Assembly (NCBI GenBank): GCA_020137815.1
Contig: CM035352.1
Coordinates: forward strand, 2,604,001 to 2,668,000
DNA from: Hormiphora californensis
Taxonomy: Eukaryota; Animalia; Ctenophora
Length of the DNA: 64,000 nt
Direction: 5' to 3'
The translations under genes and the position numbers were made by a program. Of the stretch, positions 51,601 to 64,000 are shown in pieces; the stretch's first letter is position 1, and the number at the start of each line of letters is the position of its first letter. The notes under the pieces were generated by a model that was given only the letters and a program-made list of their open reading frames with translations, made no database searches and had not been told where the DNA came from.

Positions 51601-54600
51601 ATCAACTATCGGGTTTCATACCAGTTTAATCGCCCTGCCGGGCGATTAAACTCCAGTTGGCTGTTCCCAGCTCGCGCTGGCGACAGCCAACTTGATAACG
51701 CGCCAGTCTACAAACGTTCATACTTCATTTGAACATTTTGCGCGCTCATGATAACTGCTAGCTGGGGGATTTAACACCCTGCTCGTGTTTTAACAGTCCC
51801 GCTCTCTTTTTCACGCATTTCTCTTCATTTGAATAACATGCGTGTAAAATTCACAGTAATTAAAATGTGTGTAAACACACAGTTCTGTCAATAACAGAGA
51901 GGGAAACACATCTGCAACACTTTTTAATGTTATCTCTCTCATAAAAAGTCAAAAGAATCGCATTCCTATCTCTTCTCTCTCTCATTCTCTCTTTTACTGT
52001 TCAATATCTCTCACTGTGTGTATTAGCCCCAATCTTGCTCTCTCTTACTCAAATATGTTAGGAACAGTTGCAACTAGGTGCCAGTTAGTCTACACACAGT
52101 TTGGGGACGTCATGTTGACTATTTGCCAGTACTCCTTGTGTGTTTTACCTTGTGTTGTGTCTCTTGTTAGTGTGAAATTGCTATCGGGTTTCATAAACTA
52201 TGAACGTTTGTTAGCTTGTCACGTTTATAGGTTTAAATCACCTCCCCTCACCCTCGGCTGCGCCTCGGGTTGGGGTCGTGATTAAACCAGTTTAATCGCC
52301 TGCCGGGCGTTAACTCAGTGGCTATCGCAGCTCGCGCTGGCGACAGCCAACTTGATAAGGCAAGTACAAACGTTCATAGTTAATAACCCCAAATCTCACC
52401 CCCCAACACTGGTCCACAGCAAACACGGTTATCAGATACACGCCCACACAGGTGTCTCCCAGGGAGATAAGAAGGACTAGGGAGAGGTTGATAAACTGGG
52501 CACGTGATCTGAAGAACTTCTTCTCACTTGCTACACCATGTACCTGTTGATAAGCTGGTTAGTTTCTCTGGGATCAAGCTTTACCATGATTACTTTCTCG
52601 ATCGCCCGAGTATTATAATACTCTCGAATACTCGAGTAGGGTAGCGACTGGCTATTTGAAACAGTTTTTCACTTTTTTCCCTTGCCTGCCCACAAATCAA
52701 GACGAACCCAATTTTTTTTGACCTTGTGTTACCGAGACAGTCCCTGGGTAGTTTTTTGGGTGGTTGGAGATGTCTCATTTTGTCTTCCGGGGTCAGGGTC
52801 ACGTGATATCTATCCAAATTTGGTGTTTCAATTTACCCGCCTCGGTCTGCTAATTTGAAACACCCGTATCTCCCTCAATTTCTCCACGAAACCAAAATTT
52901 TTGACATTGAATAGTTAGAAAAGGGTTGTGCAGAGCCATTCCATGTCTTAAATCTGAATTTTGTTGAACGTGCTTGGTGCAATGACCTTTTCCAAAAACT
53001 GTTTCAAATTAGCAGGAAAACAGTTTTTGCCTCATATTCGGCCAACTTTTGGCGGAAATGACTCAAATCATAGTTTATATCCTGCCTCATGCTCATATTG
53101 AACAACAAAAATTTCGACAATCCAATCGGAAAAAAGTGTTTCAAATAGCCCTCCTCAGTGTTTCAAGTTACCAGACTCTCTTCACTGTGCTACAGCACAC
53201 ACACGACACCAATCAGAGAGCAAATAACGCGCATTTGTTTCAAATAACCAGAGCACGTGTTTCAAGTTATCAGACACTGTTTCAAGTTAGCAGGCGTTTC
53301 AAATTGCCAGTCGCTACCCTATACTCTTGATTAATCGATTCTTATATGTTACCAGATAACAGTTTCAATAGGTTATAACCCCAAACTCTCCTACTCCCTC
53401 CTAACTAACTGTCCCTCTCCCATCCTCACCATATAGATGTTAACAAGAACAGATGCAGTTCCGATGATAAAGGTGCATATCTTGAGGAAGAGCCCATTGA
53501 TTATCTCCTGATCCCCACACATCCCATTACACTCGTCCGTCCTGCCCTCATTGTTACAGTCGTGAACACCGTTACACAGCTGGGACCACTGGATATATCG
53601 GGGTGTTCCTGAAAAACCAGGTTAGCATGTTGGAATGTTATTTATTGGTTATTTAATGTTGCACCGGAGCCGGGGGTGTTCCTCCCTATATTTATATTAG
53701 TTGTTAATCGTGGACTAGAAGATGGGTGAGTTATGCCGTGTGGGGTATTTCGTCATGATTAGAGGACTATTGTTTTACCTGTTTCACAATCAAAGTTATT
53801 GTCACAGTTTGCCTCGTCAGACCCATCCCCACAGTCATCAATTAGATTACACACCTGTAGGACATCCATTAATATCAAAGGGTAGAAGTTCATTGCACTT
53901 GTATTTTATGAGAGATTGGAGTGGCCAAAAGTTTATGAGGCACATGAGAATAGAAGTACCTACATTAGGTTTACATTCTGTATTATATATATCTTGAAAA
54001 ATTCGGCTAGACTGAGGAGCTCTTCAAGAGTTAAGAGTTAAACTTCTTATGACGTGTACAGCTAACAGCTAGCTACCTTTGACTTGTCAAGACATTGCAT
54101 ATTATCGCACAGGAACACCCTCTCGTGATACATGGATCCATGCTGCAGCAACTTTGTAACCAGCTCCTTCCCTCCCTTCCCTGGAACATTAACAAAGTTC
54201 TCTCCAATACACCCTGTCTCATCAACAGGAACTAGTGGACAGACATCATCCTCACCACTACACATCCCCGCACATTGCAGCACGGTATGCTCCTCTCCGT
54301 ACACAGTCCTGCACCTCCCTGATTCCCCCCTGACATGTACCCGGGACACCTCTCCCAGTGCTGTAGTGGGCTCGTGGGTTAGGGTGGTGCAGTTGGTGAG
54401 CAGTCCGGGGAGACATGGAGGGATGTATTGGTCTGAACCTATTGTTAGTATGGCTTGTGAGGAAGATGTGTCTTGGTCTTTAGAGAGGGAGCAAAGGCTC
54501 TCCTCTGCTCCTCCACAATTCTCTGCGTAGTTGCAGAGTTGGGCTAGGCTGACGTAGATGCTGTGCTTGTCTGGACAGTGAAACCCCTGGAAAATAGATC

Positions 54601-57600
54601 TTGATGAGACCTTTTAGAAAATTAATTTGTCTCATAAGAATGGCATGGAATAAGATTATGTTCATGTGTGGAGTTTCGGAGGGGGGTTGCAGCCAAAGAT
54701 AGAGATGAGTCGCCTGATACTGTGTCCGTGATTTTTAGAATAAGAAGAAGGTATGAACAATTCAAGGAAAGAGATGCAGTGGTGCAGTTTACCGAGGTAC
54801 AGTTGTATTCAGGCGTGTTGGGGTAACACTTCGTCTCCGTGCCACTACCACACAACTAGACGGGGAAGAGAAAAAGGTATTACCATAGTAACTAATGTTA
54901 CCGTGGTAACCAATGCTAACTCTCCGTGGTAACCAATGCTAACTCTCTGTGGTAACCAATGCTAACTCTCTGTGGTAACCAATGCTAACTCTCCGTGGTA
55001 ACCATGGTAACTCTCCGGGGTAACCATGGTAACTCTCGGTGGTAACCATAATAACCAATGGTAACCATGGTAACACGTACCTGCCATTCTGAGTGGTTCT
55101 CATCCCGCCCATCCTCACAGTCTATCTCTCCGTCACACAACCACTCTGCTGGTATTGTCAAACTCCTTCTATCTGCATCACCATTATACCTGAAGTAACA
55201 AGAGATAACAAGAGATAACAAGATAAAGAGATAACAAGCAAAGAGATAAAGTCGAGGAAATAAGTTACCCCATGCAACTATCTTCAAACAATCGGATCCT
55301 GGTACTCCAAGACCCCTTTACTAAATCCAACTAAGTATCTTGATTATCCAGCATATCTTGACCCCTGTACCTTCTGATGCAGGTTTTAAGGGACGTCTCA
55401 CTGCATAATCCCCATGCTCTCATCAGGTGCACCCTACACAGTCCGCAACCCCGTCACATAGTTGGTGTTTATGTATCCAGCAGTCAGAGGAGAGCTGATA
55501 GCACCACTCATCTCCCCCGTCCTCACATTGACTCTTCTTGTTACAGACCCATGGCAATCGGACTCTGAGGTTTGATAATTGGTAGGGTAGGAGCTAGTAG
55601 TATTATAACGTTGACTCTGTTCTAAGCACAATGTACTTCTTTAGCTTGTTTACGGACAGTATTCAGAGATGTACGATCTGTAACTTGAGTGATTTTCACC
55701 AAAATTGATACAATTTAGAACATTCTGAACATACCTGGTTTCAGGATAAACAATATCCCCACTCTTGACAGGACAAAGAAAGCCCACATTCCCTGTACAG
55801 TTCATCTGGTCTATATATCCATCACAGTACCCGTCCAGGAAGCTCATCCGGGGAAACTCGCATATCTGGTGGGGGTATAGGTTACCACTAGTTACCATTA
55901 GTTACCTTTGGTTACCGTTAGTTACCGTTAGTAACACAAGTTCTCTGAAATAGTGTACACTTTTATAGTCTGTATACCTGTTTCTTTGTGATGTTTATGG
56001 AAGTTGATAGATCGTTTAAATCAACACATGTCATCTCTACCGAGTTGAGTTCTATGCAATTAACCTGGGTAGTGGGGATGTTAATTAGTTACCATGACAA
56101 CCTTTAGTTACCATAGCAACCCACAGTTACCATAGCAACCCACAGTTATCATAGCAACCCACAGTTACCATAGCAAACCACAGTTACCATAGCAACCCTA
56201 AGTTACCATAGCAACCCTAAGTTACCATAGTAACCCACAGTTACCATAGCAACATCCCCTCCTACCTCATCGGCACCGCTATCACAATCCCGTTTTCCAT
56301 CACACAACTTCCTCCTGTCCACATAGGACAGTCCATTGTTAGAATTGTTGGCATATTGCCCAATTAGACAGGTTACCCCATCGTTATCTCCACACCCCAC
56401 CTCATCTTCTCCATCTACACAATCTGACTGCCTGGGATGATCAAATGACAGGTTAATCTGCCGAACCCGCACACTGCACACTCCTTATAAAATGAAATGC
56501 AGTGTGAGCAACACAAATAACCAGATAATCATATCAGATTATCAGATAATCAGATAATCAGATAGATATAATAGTTACCCGTCACAGATGTAACGGTCAG
56601 GTAGTGATCCACTTTGATCCCCTTCGTTAATGGGTCCAGCCTCACAGTGGAATGCCATCTCACAATGAACCTCATCCATCTCACCAACACAGTCGTGATA
56701 CCTGCAGACAAGATCTTTAATTCAAATACGGTGAACAAATACTGGGTTCAATACAGGATCTAGGGTCTGTGCTTGAGTTACTATTAAACTATCAGTTCAT
56801 GTCACCTACCCGTCACATATCCAGGATGATTCAATTGCAGTGATGGGGTGTGTAGGACTGAGGGCGTATCTGCAGATGAATGTATCACATACCCCATCCG
56901 TCACTTGTACACCTGGACATCCACATCCCTGAACACAATGGTATTTGAGAACCACATCCCATATTTTGAGAATTCAGAAGAAGCATTCAGATCGCAACTA
57001 TGGCAACTACGGTAACTATGGCAACTATGGTAACTATGGTAACTACGGTAACTATGGTAACTATGGTAACTGTACCTGGTAATTGGATGGTGTATCAGGG
57101 CAGATATTACTAAATACGCACACTCCCTCCTCAATCCTCCGTGTGTAAAGTACACTGCTATTCCAACATTCATATACCTGCAGAGAGAAGGAACCATGAC
57201 TTGTTGAGTACTCAAGAAACCATGAAAAAAGTTTTTGTTTTTTTTCACCTATTACCCGAGTTAGGGGATCCCAATAGAGCACTGTTATAGCTGTTGGTGG
57301 AAAGTGACCCAGTCGTCTAAACCAAAAGTTACCTGGATTGTTTCGTGTGTCTGAACGTCCCTCAGTTCACACGTTTTCATATAGAATGTGTCAACGATCT
57401 CATTGGTACAGTTACTATCAAAGTCATAATCTGGGAAGATAACATGGGTTAGATAAGATAGATTAGATAACATATGGATTAGATAATACATGATTAGATA
57501 ACATAGATTAAGTGGAACTATTTGAACTATGGGTATAGCAACCCACCTGCACAGTAGATAGAAATAGCTCCCTCAACACACTCTCCCTCCCCTAACTCCA

Positions 57601-58170
57601 CAGAACAGCTCTCTAGTCCACCATCTCCCCATCCACACTCCACATCCCACCAGGCAGTCTCTAGTGCGGTGCTCCTTGCAGCAGGTGTCCGGAGTAGACC
57701 GTTGTTGGATAAACCTAGATCTGTACAAACCACCCTAGCTACCTCATCTGTTACTGTGGACCTGTGGGGGATAAGGTAGCAATTGTATATGACAATTATT
57801 ATGGCTGTCTAAGAAAACAGATTGCCTTGCTCGACCGCGACCCTGTCTCACCGCGACCCGGTTTGAACGGCTCGAAAGCAGTGGGGTCCTGATCAGTGAT
57901 ATTCAGGGCACTCCGCAAGAACTTACTTGGCGCAGATTGGGAGCCAAGTTGAGTTAGTTGATGACCATATCTCGACTAAACCTTCCTTCTCCTTCCTGAC
58001 GTTTCCTACAGTAACGTTCTCATCTGCAGAGGGGGTGATGTGTTAGAAATTAAAATGGGGTTGACAGTCTACCAGAACATTACTTGGCAGATTAGATGAT
58101 TGATCTCATCCACAGTACCTGATTTGGCACGCGTAGCTGTGTAGAGTATCAATAGTAGGACAGATCGCAT
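48649..58170 (-). CDS. Class A GPCR with signal peptide, SRCR domain and multiple LDLa repeats (GRL101/LGR-related, no LRR seen)
   Basis: MRSVLLLILYTATRA signal; SRCR (EGLVEI..W.PIC..VVCTDLG..WWDVEC..LESC); LDLa (CDGKRDCDSGADE, CDGEIDCEDGRDE); TM motifs LISLGDTCVGVYL, CTALGVLST, FYGSDGVCLFKY, SWVPF, LPINSCVNPTIY. Frameshifts near 49180-49620. Confidence 0.85.
50350..52378. mobile_element. Compound TATGAA..TTCATA-terminated repeat with ~580 bp inverted arms
   Basis: 50351-50929 is the reverse complement of 51039-51620; 50930-51038 is the reverse complement of ~51621-51730; diverged third unit at ~51730-52378. Confidence 0.85.
52409..52543 (-). other. Truncated tandem duplicate of the GPCR TM2 exon (50043-50206)
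   Basis: Near-identical sequence and acceptor; flanking intron also duplicated (50207-50350 vs 52544-52638 + 53320-53375). Confidence 0.85.
52639..53319. mobile_element. 681 bp MITE, GGGTAGCGACTGGC TIRs, TA TSD
   Basis: Empty site CTCGAG-TA-TACTC at ~50290-50302 in the paralogous intron copy. Confidence 0.9.
54880..57072. repeat. Four intronic minisatellites on a GTTACC/GGTAAC core (23, ~10, 19 and 9 bp units)
   Basis: Arrays at 54880-55075, 55880-55935, 56088-56253 and 56995-57072. Confidence 0.9.
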
Positions 58171-58297
58171 CACAGGAGTATTTGACTGGTCATATCCTAT
58201 TGAGATTCAGAGAGTAAACTACTTGTCACATCATACACATAACTAACAAATTGATAGTTCACACTTCACCGGATAGGATCCGGATAGGAAAATCAGA

Positions 58298-58470
<173 letters not shown>

Positions 58471-58916
58471 GACGTAGGTCATTTGCATATAATATATTGA
58501 TGCCAAGTAGAGAGCGTCCCTTCTATATGACAATGGGACATGCGATTCAATCAGCTGTATATACCCACGTCCCAGGCCCACTAGGCCACTACATATTAAA
58601 TTGTCTAGACACGGGATGATACAGACACATATTGAGGGGTGCATGGGTTGATAAATCAGTCAGATAAAGCATAGTACACAGCGCCCTCTCATAATATTGA
58701 GGCCATGAATAATGCAAAGTGTTAATTTGACGCATTTTTTCCTAATATGAATATCTAGTATCTAGTAGAGGAAACTTTTCATTATTCATGGACTCAATAA
58801 TAATGACATTATAATTGTGATAGTTCGGGGCGTTCCGAGAGACTGATCCTAAACTGATCCAATACACACAGCTAGAGCGGAGAGTCGTCGTTATGGTGTG
58901 CACTATCACCTAGGTC

Positions 58917-59085
58917 ACAATTCACAGTCGATGGGGGTTGACTTTATATAACTCTCAACGCATCTAACAAGGAATCGGAGCTGAAGGGTTCCGTGCAGTG
59001 CAACAACATGACTTGTTGGCAGAGGCTAGATGTGTTGAGAGTTATATGTCAACGGTCAACCCCCATTTCGACTGTCGATTATAAT
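58917..59085. mobile_element. Imperfect-TIR MITE-like hairpin
   Basis: CAGTCGATGGGGGTTGAC..ATATAACTCTCAAC / GTTGAGAGTTATAT..GTCAACCCCCATTTCGACTG. Confidence 0.55.
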
Positions 59086-60340
59086 TGTAATATATGTACA
59101 ACTGAATGATCAGACTATGCGTCTCAAAGACAGCCATGAATGATGCTTATTATGGACTGTTGACGACTCGCAGATTTATTCCTGAATATATCTACGAGTC
59201 GTCAACATTATTCATTGTACCCGAAACTATAATAGTTTCGGATGCAATGAATAATGTTTATTATATATGGACTATTAACGACTCGTAGATATATGCGACT
59301 CAAAAACAGCCGATTGGTCAACTTATATTGATTCAAAAACAGCCGATTGGGCAACTTATTGACTCTACTAGATATTCGTATCAGGAAAAATGCGTCAAAT
59401 TAACACCAGAGAAATATCGTACTGGAACAGGGAGGGAGAACTAACAAGGTAGTAAATCAGTTAATAATGGAAGCTATAATTGTAATTCACAACTGAAAGA
59501 CCAGGAACTGACAAGGAAAGTAAAATATATTAGGGGGAACTTATTCGTCATATTAATCGAAGTTTGACTGTATAATATAGCACTACACCATTTAGGCATG
59601 TGCTAAGTGCACTACACTACCCACATACTATAGCAGGTCTTATATTCAACTGTCGTGAGAATATGATTCTCTGGTCTCTAGAGAGAGGGAGAGCATGATT
59701 CCTATATTTATATCAGAAAGTGGGGGGTATAGAGAGTCTAGCTAGGCACCAGAGTGCATTGTGCAGACGGATAGTATGTGTGTTATTAGGCTCCATGCCT
59801 CCTAAATCATCCTCCTGCTATTCAATGCGGAGAGGTGAGAGAGAGGTAGAGAGAGAGGTAGAGAGAGAGAGGTAGAGAGATTTAGCTATCCCCCTATATC
59901 GTATCTCTAATCTCTATGGCTTGGTTAACCAAAAAATGTTTTTCAGGTGCAAGATAGTCCAGCTGTCTCAGTTTATAGAACAACGATCATCACTACGATT
60001 AAAGACAACCTCTTGTAGGATCTTGGCTCCGCAAACAAAGGTATTTAAACCATTACATACACAGTGGGATGTAGTAGTGGGATGTAGTGGGATGTATATT
60101 GTATAGTGGGATGTATAAGTAGGATCTAGTGGGATGAAGTAATACCGATTACATATCACTATTTTCATTTTCTTGTGGCGTCATTACAATACATCACGAT
60201 CGTGTTAGACCTGCGTGTGTGTGTGAGCGAGTGTCCCTATATAAACACCCAGTCGGGTGAAGCAGAAGAGCTATAGTGCACATATTGTTTCCGTTTGAGT
60301 TGTGTTATTGATAGGTGGTGTGATATATACGTGGAATATC

Positions 60341-60387
60341 ATGGGTGCTGTGCTGCTGCTGCTAGGAGTCCTAGCTACCCTCGCTAG
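60341..60387 (+). CDS. Possible first (signal peptide) exon of a secreted or membrane protein gene
   Basis: MGAVLLLLGVLATLA followed by a GTAAA donor; TATATAAA at ~60238-60245. No in-frame second exon could be found. Confidence 0.3.
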
Positions 60388-61808
60388 GTAAAGTAGTTAT
60401 AAACGGTGTAATATCTTTCCGATCATGAATAGTTCAACTTTTTTATGAAGTACTTATAGCCAAACAACTAAACGACTACGAGATCTAACTTGAAATTGTA
60501 ATAGAAATAACTCATTAACCACAAAGGCCTACTAATTAATGAAGAACAATATATGAATAACCGCGATTCGTATAATTTGTAAATTGTATCTATCTAGCCA
60601 TATTGATAAGGTCAATGCATCTCCATAGATTAATTGACGTCACAATACCATCTGTGGTGGCATTATATTAAACTACCACTACCATGGTTCCTAACACTGT
60701 ATTACTATAGTGGTGATAGATGAGATTGTCAGATATAGCCCATAGAATGGAAGGTAGGGAGCCACCCATGCTGATCCAAAGGAGTATAATTATACGAGGA
60801 ACTATAAGGGGGTTTGACGTTATTGGGCCTATTAGATCCACTTTATTTAAAAGCTTTTATTAGGGTAGGGCAGAAAAATTGAATTCGGAAGCAATTATAT
60901 ATTTCGAAACTTATATTCATACCAGCTCTCCCTCTATAACACCGCAACTGGTCTGAGATATATTAGTGTTACTAAAGGAGTCGAAATGTTCGATCAGTAA
61001 TGAAGGATAGAAGTTAGAAGTTAAGTTATTACACATGAAGAGAAGCTAAAAGTAAAATGAATATATTAGTAAATGTGTGCAGATAGGTGTGCTGTGAAAT
61101 AGATAGAAAGATAGAAGAAAGATAGAAGAAAGATAGATAGAAAGATAAATATCATTTGATTGCCCATATATCTCTACAAATGCATGCAACAGTAAACACT
61201 TCATCCCTTCAGAGATATTGGAAATCATGCATCCTCTCTGATCCTTCTCTCTCTCTCTATCTCTCTCTCCTTCTCTGATCCCTAAAGTCTTCCATCTCTT
61301 CCTTGGCCATCTCTCTCATCTTGACTAAGCCCCTTGACACAGTCGATTTCCACTTCCCCCTTGTTATACTTCTAGAGTGCCACTACAACCATGATGCATG
61401 CCAAGGAATGTTGCAAATATTGGTCGTGGGGGTAGGCCATGTTATACTAAAATTAGCTGGAACTAAGATCAGCTGCAACGTATTCCTAGAAAAGAACGTG
61501 ACTACTACACAACACCTGTGAAGAGAAGGTTTTCTAGTTACTATTGTACTTGTTGATTATTGGTACACCTTACAACTCCTCTACAAAGACCAAAGTCTCT
61601 CTCTCTCTGTTTTACACTGCATACTCTTTTCATCTCCATATCTCTTCACTACTCAATATATCTTGTCTGCTTCATTCTGCAGATAAATGAACAGAATGAA
61701 AAATATGAAATCTTAATATAAATCATGAAGATATAAGATTTCATATTTTTATCATCATAATTATATGATCATATAATTAAGTATCATGATAATAAAGACG
61801 ATTTACAT

Positions 61809-61932
61809 ATTATGCCAAAAACTAACAGAAATTAGTTGGCTGGAAAGGTGACCATTTGTTGTCAAACTGACACCTTTGCCCTCTCCGGGTTTCATCATTA
61901 TCTTTCCCTCTCTGATTTCTATCTCTCTTTCA

Positions 61933-61987
<55 letters not shown>

Positions 61988-63055
61988 TCTTTCTCTCCTT
62001 GTTTCTCCCTGATTTACCCCCTGATTTACCCCATCGATCATATCCGTAACCCGGGCCGGGCAAAGGTGTCAGTTTGACAACAAATGGTCACCTTTCCAGC
62101 CAACTAATTTCTGTTAGTTTTTGGCATAATTGGGGTATATTTTTGGTATTTTATGATGTGAAATACATTGTAAGACATGTCTGGACGTGTAAAGTCCGTC
62201 AGGAATCGCTAAAATACGAAAATTTCAATTTTGACGTCATTATGACGTCATAGCGTGACGTCACGACGTTATAACGTCAAGATAGGGATGTATTATTATC
62301 AGGCTCATCTAGATAAAGATGCTGACCAAGTTTGAGATCGATTGGACAAGATTTAAGGTCGCTCTGGCGAAAAACGCATTATCGTCATATCTATTTTCAT
62401 ATAGTCTTAGTACTTCAGACGCGATTTGAGACCCTTAGAAATAGAGTTTCACAAATCCGCGATATAGTTTCTGAAAGTATAGACGATTATCTTTCGTAAG
62501 TGCGGTCTCCGTTTTTCAATCAGAAGCCGTCTTCAGGGTGTAAATTGATCTCAAAGAAATTTGGTTGATTTGAAAAAACTCTTATCTTTATGACAGTTTG
62601 TTAAGACGTTCTGGTTGGACCTAGAACATGAAAACTATTCGTCTACACAATTTGAACGATTATCTTTCGAATGCAACAAACTAGAAGTGTCTATCTTATG
62701 TCGTTTTCTCTCAAAAATGATTATAAATTCGGTAAAAACAGCGTCTATCCATACATAGATAGATACATAGATAGATAGATACATAGATAGACCCGGGACA
62801 TTTATTGCTTTTTTCACGATGCCATATCTCTAAAACTAAAAGAGATAGAGATTTGCCCTTTTAAACTACAGTAGATCTAGACTACGTGACACTGTATACC
62901 AAATTTCAGACCGATCGGTGCAGTAGGGGCCTCCCTATGGGCGTCGCAAAATGCCATTTTTGGCTAAAAACTGAAAAAAGTTATTACTGCACTCTGGCAC
63001 GCGCGGCTGGGGGGAGGGGATGGTCACCTTTGCGCTTGCCAGCGCAGTGACAAAT
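61809..63055 (+). mobile_element. DINE-1/Helentron-associated (HINE)-like non-autonomous element
   Basis: 73 bp IR (61809-61881 / 62058-62130) around (CT)n; internal (TAGA)n; 3' subTIR ATGGTCACCTTT at 63020 inverted to AAAGGTGACCAT at ~61844; 3' hairpin TGCGCT-TGCC-AGCGCA. Confidence 0.6.
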
Positions 63056-64000
63056 TTAGGGCCCACAGAAAATAGCTAATTGATGATTATATGTCGGCGT
63101 TATGCTTATACAGCGCTAACCGAAATCAAAACATCTAAGTATTCTACGGATCTAATTTATACTTTTCTTTCTTCCTTCTCTCCGCCGTACTCTCACCGAT
63201 ATTTTTTATCGACGTGTCCTACTCATAAAAAAGATTTAACGGATCTGACCACATGTATAACAAGAGAGGAACGTTATATTGAAATATAGCGAAAGTGGAA
63301 CCTGTTAGTGCAGTGTCTCCGAGTCCATCTTTTTATATGCCATATCTCTCTCTCTTTTCTCTCTCCCCCTCATTTTCGCTCTCACTCTCTCCCTTCATGA
63401 ACTTTTATAATAAGTGAGCTCTGAAAATTAACGCAGTACTGCCATCTCACTGTGATTCACAGTCACACCTATATCCTAGCCTAGGAATAGGTACGGTACC
63501 TGTGAGTTGCGGCAAGTGAACAGATGGATGTTGGGTGGAAGAAAGAGGAAGAGGGAGGGAAATAAAGTTGTTAGGTATCGAGAGAGGAGGAGAAAAAGAG
63601 AAGGCGCATGGAATATAGTTTACAATTGACATAATATTCTTAGTAAAAATATATGCATTTGTGGGTTAATACTAATTATTCCACAATGCAATGGACCTGT
63701 AAACATTGTAATTGTAAAGTTATAGCGTGCTAAAAAACAGCTAAAAAATAGACAACTATTGCAGTATTTTATGCTTCATTCTTGATATTCAACAGTCAAC
63801 ATGTTCACGGGAAATGAACAATGGCCCTGACACTATATTATAGTGGCACTGCGGCGGGAGTGCCGGGTTGATATTCCATAATGCACAAATCTGTATGAAA
63901 GCAACGTTGTGTTTCGGTATTAAACTATTATTAGTTTATTTTCTTTTGGTACTGTTTTACCGCTCATGGTAAGGTTTTTATTGGCGTTTTACAGCATTTT

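Noticed and set aside
50341-51629. Paired identical 81-84 aa ORFs on opposite strands
   Set aside because: By-product of the inverted duplication; no protein features.
54880-57072. CRISPR-like arrays (also 1-482 and 13195-13510)
   Set aside because: No unique spacers, no cas genes, eukaryotic intronic context.

Overview
Eukaryotic (animal) genomic DNA with short GT-AG introns, tightly packed genes and dense MITE/LINE nests. The style is most reminiscent of a ctenophore or another early-branching marine invertebrate; this is inference, as no diagnostic marker is present. Left arm, minus strand: a five-gene head-to-tail cluster GOPC > RING-HC gene > SFR1/Mei5 > class II eIF4E (4EHP) > BCKDHB. 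Stop-to-ATG gaps are 220-555 bp and a splice acceptor sits 1-4 nt before every ATG, making it a candidate SL trans-spliced operon. GOPC introns hold an intact ORF1-only LINE-like element and a small nested antisense spliced ORF. A 7.7 kb duplicated TE mosaic separates GOPC from TFG. Next comes a coiled-coil/CAP-Gly gene, probably continuous with upstream zinc-finger exons; its introns carry two copies of a 1.3 kb non-coding (CAA)n-tailed retroelement and a foldback element. To the right lie a MITE nest, an F-box/FBA gene, a USP16/45-like gene, an SRCR+LDLa class A GPCR with a duplicated TM2 exon and X-box-like intronic minisatellites, and a DINE-1/Helentron-like element. Frameshifts in the USP and GPCR genes may be consensus errors. 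Exon coordinates were derived by hand.
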